A DNA stretch of 64,000 bases from Nemertoderma westbladi (Eukaryota; Animalia; Xenacoelomorpha), in contig JAUCBJ010005698.1 of the NCBI GenBank assembly GCA_032718475.1, forward strand, positions 2,952 through 66,951, read 5' to 3'. The position numbers were made by a program, and so were the translations under genes. Positions 60,084-64,000 of this stretch are shown here, in pieces. Positions within the stretch are counted from its first letter, which is position 1. Every line of letters starts with the position of its first letter. Below the pieces are notes generated by a model that saw nothing but the letters and a program-made list of their open reading frames with translations, searched no databases and was not told where the DNA came from.

Positions 60084-62315
60084 TCACCTTTTTTTGGATT
60101 TTATTCTTGAGTTTTTACCCTTAAATTCTTCTATAAGTTCCTGCTGTGCCGCCAGTTTTTCGTTCATCGCCACCAGATGCTCGCTCATCATACTGAGCTG
60201 CTGCTCGTAACTGCCGCGAGTCCCGTTGAGTTCGTCCCGAAGGGCGACGCACTCGGCGTTCAGCGAACCGCACTCGCGCTCGGCCTCGACGCGTTTCCGC
60301 TCGTCCAACGCCAGTCTGCGGTGCAGCGTGCGGCACTCGGTGTGCAGATGGACGCAACGCGACTCGGAGCTCTGAACGCGGACCGCCAACTCCTCGAGAC
60401 GCCGAGAGTGGTGGGCGACTAGCAGAGCTTCCCGCGGGGCGACGTCATCCTCGAGGAACACTTCGCCGGAGGGTCGGGAAGGAGTCATCGAACCCAAGGA
60501 AGAGTAGTCGGTGATTAGGTTGGAGTTCCTCCGGTGTTCCGGTCCGACTTCCGGGCCGTCGCGCCCCTTAGCGGTGAGTCTCTGCAGCAGTTGGGCCTCG
60601 ACCATCCAGTGTTGTTTCTGCTGCTCCAGCAGTCGTTGTCGTTCGTTTCCGCGCTCCGTCATGTCGGTTAGCTCCGCGCAACGGATACGGAGTTTCTCGA
60701 GACTCTCGCGGTTGGAGACGGCCTCGAGGTGGGGGATCGAATTGGAGTCGTTGGTGGTGGCGTGGAGGATAAACCGACGGGTCTGGGAGAGGAGTGAGGG
60801 GAGTAGGGAGGGGGGGAGGGAGGAGGAGGGGAGGGATGAGTTTCCAACGCAAGAATCTTCCAGGAACCCTCGAGTTCGAACCGGAAGCGACCCGGAACGG
60901 AGGAGCTCGGAGGAGTTCAGCTGTACCAACTCGGAGAGGCGGCTCAGCGACTCCGCGAGGGCCGACAGCGCGGAGAACAAACAACGGTTGGTGGAGGAGA
61001 GTTGGGAGGAGGTGGTCGGCAACTCCTCCTCCAACTCGAGTTTATTCCTGAAACTCCGAGACAATCCGGCGGATGATACGGACAAACTCCGCAGGAAGTC
61101 GGGGAATTCGTCGGAGATGCGGGACGAACGGAGAGAGGCAAGCGCGGCGGTGAGCAGATTTGCGATGTCGTGGAACAGTTGGTTTAGCGCCGATGAGTGG
61201 AGAGAGTTGGCGTCGACGACGGCCGAGGTGCAGACCGACTGGGAGGATTCCTCGAAGACGGCGCCGACTAGCAGCGGCTCGAGGCGGTCGAGGTAAGCGA
61301 GGAATTCCTCGAGAAGATGAGACAAACTGGAGAAATTACCCTCGGGCTGTAAGAGGTACTCGTTTATTAGCTGGTCTATCGGACGGATGTATGTGGCGTT
61401 GCTGAGGAGAGCGCTGCTGAGGGCGGTTACCCCGGGGGAGGGAGTGGGGAAGAGCAGAGGGATCCGTTGCTGTGTGTAAGTCAACCAGTTACTAACGGCG
61501 GAGAGAACCTCGATGGCTCGTGTCGCGGAGACCGAGAGAACCTCCTGGAACCTGTCGCGCCTTCCCACCGGGTTCGGGACGTTCAGCTGGTTGAACCCGA
61601 CGTGTCTCGTGTCGTCAAAGTAGATTTTACTCACGATTAACTTATTTGCGGCGTCGAGTTTCTCCTCCATCGAGTTGTTGGCGTTCTTCACTTGGTTCTC
61701 CCAGATATTGGCCCGCTTCTGGGCGTCTCCGAGCTCCCGTAACGCCCCCGTGTACCGCCCGCTGAGATGTGCAACTTCCGCTTCTAGTCGCGTCCGCCCC
61801 TCCTTATTACTCGCCTCCGCGCCTCGGGACTCCTCTTCTAACTCCTCCACTCGTCTCTGTAACACCTCGACTTGCGACCGTAACGCAACCACCTCGTGGT
61901 TGTGACTGATTCCGATTCCACTCAACTCTTTGTGAAGGTTTTCGTTCTCCTCGATTTTGTTCCTAAGTTCCTCATCGAACACCCGAGGATCCGGATTAGC
62001 ATTAACACTAACATTCTTCTGTTTCTTGGATTTATTAATTGCGACTATTTCTTGCTGTAGCAGTTCCACCCGTCGCGATACCTGCTGGTTCCGGAACTGA
62101 AGGGCCTCGATCTCCTGATCCTGTCGTCTCGATTGCAACTCCTTCTCCCGGTTTAGTGCGGTTAGTTCGGTCTCCTTCCGTTGTCCCTCCAAGACGGCGG
62201 ATTTCAGAACGTTTTGTTGGGCGCGAAGTTTCGCGTACTCCTGAGCCAACAGCTGGTACTTGGAGTGTTGGTCGAGTTTAGAGTCAGTACTTCCAGAGGA
62301 TGCGCTGTCAGCCAT
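60084..62315 (-). CDS. PPP1R21: Protein phosphatase 1 regulatory subunit 21 (KLRAQ1/CCDC128), intronless, 743 aa
   Basis: KYQLLAQEYAKLRAQQNVLKSAVLE; LQFRNQQ..RRVELLQ; C-terminal DEL..TRGSYEQQLSMMSEHLVAMNEKLAAQQE. First ATG at 62315. Confidence 0.93.
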   Translation of the reverse strand: MADSASSGSTDSKLDQHSKYQLLAQEYAKLRAQQNVLKSAVLEGQRKETELTALNREKELQSRRQDQEIEALQFRNQQVSRRVELLQQEIVAINKSKKQKNVSVNANPDPRVFDEELRNKIEENENLHKELSGIGISHNHEVVALRSQVEVLQRRVEELEEESRGAEASNKEGRTRLEAEVAHLSGRYTGALRELGDAQKRANIWENQVKNANNSMEEKLDAANKLIVSKIYFDDTRHVGFNQLNVPNPVGRRDRFQEVLSVSATRAIEVLSAVSNWLTYTQQRIPLLFPTPSPGVTALSSALLSNATYIRPIDQLINEYLLQPEGNFSSLSHLLEEFLAYLDRLEPLLVGAVFEESSQSVCTSAVVDANSLHSSALNQLFHDIANLLTAALASLRSSRISDEFPDFLRSLSVSSAGLSRSFRNKLELEEELPTTSSQLSSTNRCLFSALSALAESLSRLSELVQLNSSELLRSGSLPVRTRGFLEDSCVGNSSLPSSSLPPSLLPSLLSQTRRFILHATTNDSNSIPHLEAVSNRESLEKLRIRCAELTDMTERGNERQRLLEQQKQHWMVEAQLLQRLTAKGRDGPEVGPEHRRNSNLITDYSSLGSMTPSRPSGEVFLEDDVAPREALLVAHHSRRLEELAVRVQSSESRCVHLHTECRTLHRRLALDERKRVEAERECGSLNAECVALRDELNGTRGSYEQQLSMMSEHLVAMNEKLAAQQELIEEFKGKNSRIKSKKR

Positions 62316-63387
62316 GCCACATCCAAAAGCCAGAAAGCCCAGTTCTGTAGGTTCTGAGGTTATCACGTTATTTCATGTTCTGCAACTTTTCTTCTTTTAG
62401 AGTTTTAGTTTACTTTATTAACAAAATCTGATTGTTGACTGTAATCAGCTACGATAATACTCAAATACGGTACCGGCAATAATGATGTACCTGTAATACT
62501 TACTTGCTTGGTTGCAATGTGTAAAATGGTTATCTAAAATCGAGACAATATCAAGATCTCAGTTGCAGAGTCCTTTTTTGAAATATCTTTATGAGACGCA
62601 AACAATGGTGGTGGTAGGTACAAATGACCAAAATATTTCATACCATTTTAAGGTCGGTGTCCTTTAAGAGCCGTCTCAAGAAAGTCAAAATAATTCAGCA
62701 AGATGTTAAGAAAACGTATGATTGACAGAGTTGTCCTTCATGTAACTTCCCCCTGTACCTTCCCATGTACCTTCCCTTCCCCACCCCCCCCCCCATCCCC
62801 CCTCCACAACCCATTGTCTGAATGCTTATCAAGGAAGTACTGCAATGCATATGAAACCTTTAAAGTTATATTGAAGTTGGCTGGAATCTCTGTCTCAGCT
62901 GTTAGGCCTGCCCAAGTCCTGTGCCCTTGAACAGCCGGCGAAGGAGTGTTATTGGTTGACCACCATGTCGGCTAAACCAGAAGGTTATCATAGTGTAAGT
63001 CTGTGAACAAGCTCTTCCTCCTAACCACAGCAATCACCAACTAAGGGATATTTAAAGCGCTACAAATGTATATCCCGCTAAAAATAATCACTTGTCCACT
63101 AAATGTTTCCTCCACTATTTATAATTCCATCTATCTAAAATCGGCCTGCTGCCTTGCAGCTGCACATTGAGATGCTATGGTGGTTGAACAAAAGTATTTT
63201 TTCCACCACCATGCAATCCACAATTGGCATGCTCCAATGCAACATGTAGCTTATCCCCCACAACTGCCTATCTATCCCATGACTTTCACGAGAAGAGCGA
63301 AAATCCTTAAAGATGAGTCTCAAGAAAGTAATGGTGTCCCAATATGTCTACAATATACACGGTGGATAGAAAATAAGCTTATTTTCT

Positions 63388-64000
63388 GCATGAGGCTGCC
63401 AAAGTACAAGATTATGCACTGGCTGGTCCTCACGGCGAAAGCAATGTCCTGCAAATCGGAGGCAGCTTTGTTCTGGTGTCAAGCTTGGGGGAACCAATGA
63501 AACCATCCAATGTTATATACCGGTGGTGTCTGGTTGGAGCTGTGTACATTACTTGACACAGTGAAAGTTACGTAGCATTCTTGTGAATGTACAGTCCAGA
63601 GATTTGGTGTCCTCAGCAGTTAGAGTTCAGCATGGGCTCCCATAAAGGAGTACTGGAACTACTGCTGCTCTAAATAATCGGTCCTAACCATGATCCCACG
63701 TAACAGAAGTCGTCCATCCTTTGAGCTTATGCCCATCCGGTCAGAGACTTGCTGAGGACTTTCAAAGTTAACTGACAATATTTTGGTCTTTTTGAAGTTA
63801 ATAAAAAGACCAACACTAGAAGCAGCGTGTTCTAATGAGCTGAGGAGCCGTTGGGCTCCATCTAGTGATTCTGAGAGCATTTCTAAGTCATCAGCAAAGT
63901 CTAGATCAGTTAGGTACTTGGCAGGATTTCCTGGACTTCTGGAGCCAGACGAGCCAGTAGGTGGAGTTACCATCACCCCATCATCACTATGATGATCTAA
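63388..64000 (-). mobile_element. RTE LINE fragment, runs off the window end
   Basis: PAKYLTDLDFADDL...; homologous to 18660-19200 and 31320-31925. Confidence 0.88.

Noticed and set aside
60121-62281. Overlapping ORFs in PPP1R21 (also in NOL10 exon 3 and the hnRNP Q/R tail)
   Set aside because: Expected by-products of GC-rich coding sequence; no recognisable motifs.

Overview
A repeat-rich eukaryotic window, most likely from an invertebrate animal; the taxon cannot be determined from the sequence. It has four intron-poor host genes, all on the minus strand: an hnRNP Q/R (SYNCRIP-like) gene with an N-terminal SAP domain, a 4-exon arylamine N-acetyltransferase, a 3-exon NOL10, and an intronless PPP1R21. 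Most of the rest is transposon-derived. (1) At the left edge is an EnSpm/CACTA-type DNA transposon. Its transposase ORF (845..<1, missing from the ORF track) lies next to an accessory ORF with a zinc ribbon and a C-terminal PWWP domain. (2) NOL10 intron 1 holds a young 12-kb BEL/Pao LTR element with 1239-bp LTRs that look identical and a GAGGC target-site duplication (TSD). It keeps Gag-protease, has lost RT/RNase H/integrase by in-frame deletions, and carries an orphan ORF. It has no tRNA-type primer-binding site (PBS); instead the 12 nt after the 5' LTR are perfectly complementary to a site inside the LTR, suggesting Tf1-like self-priming. (3) There are also hAT and Tc1/pogo-type MITEs, Helitron-like repeats, RTE and CR1-group LINE fragments, a tRNA-derived SINE and several satellites. 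Comparing LINE copies shows TA->TACCGGTA insertions that look like DNA-transposon excision footprints. All calls come from reading the sequence by eye; no database searches were run.
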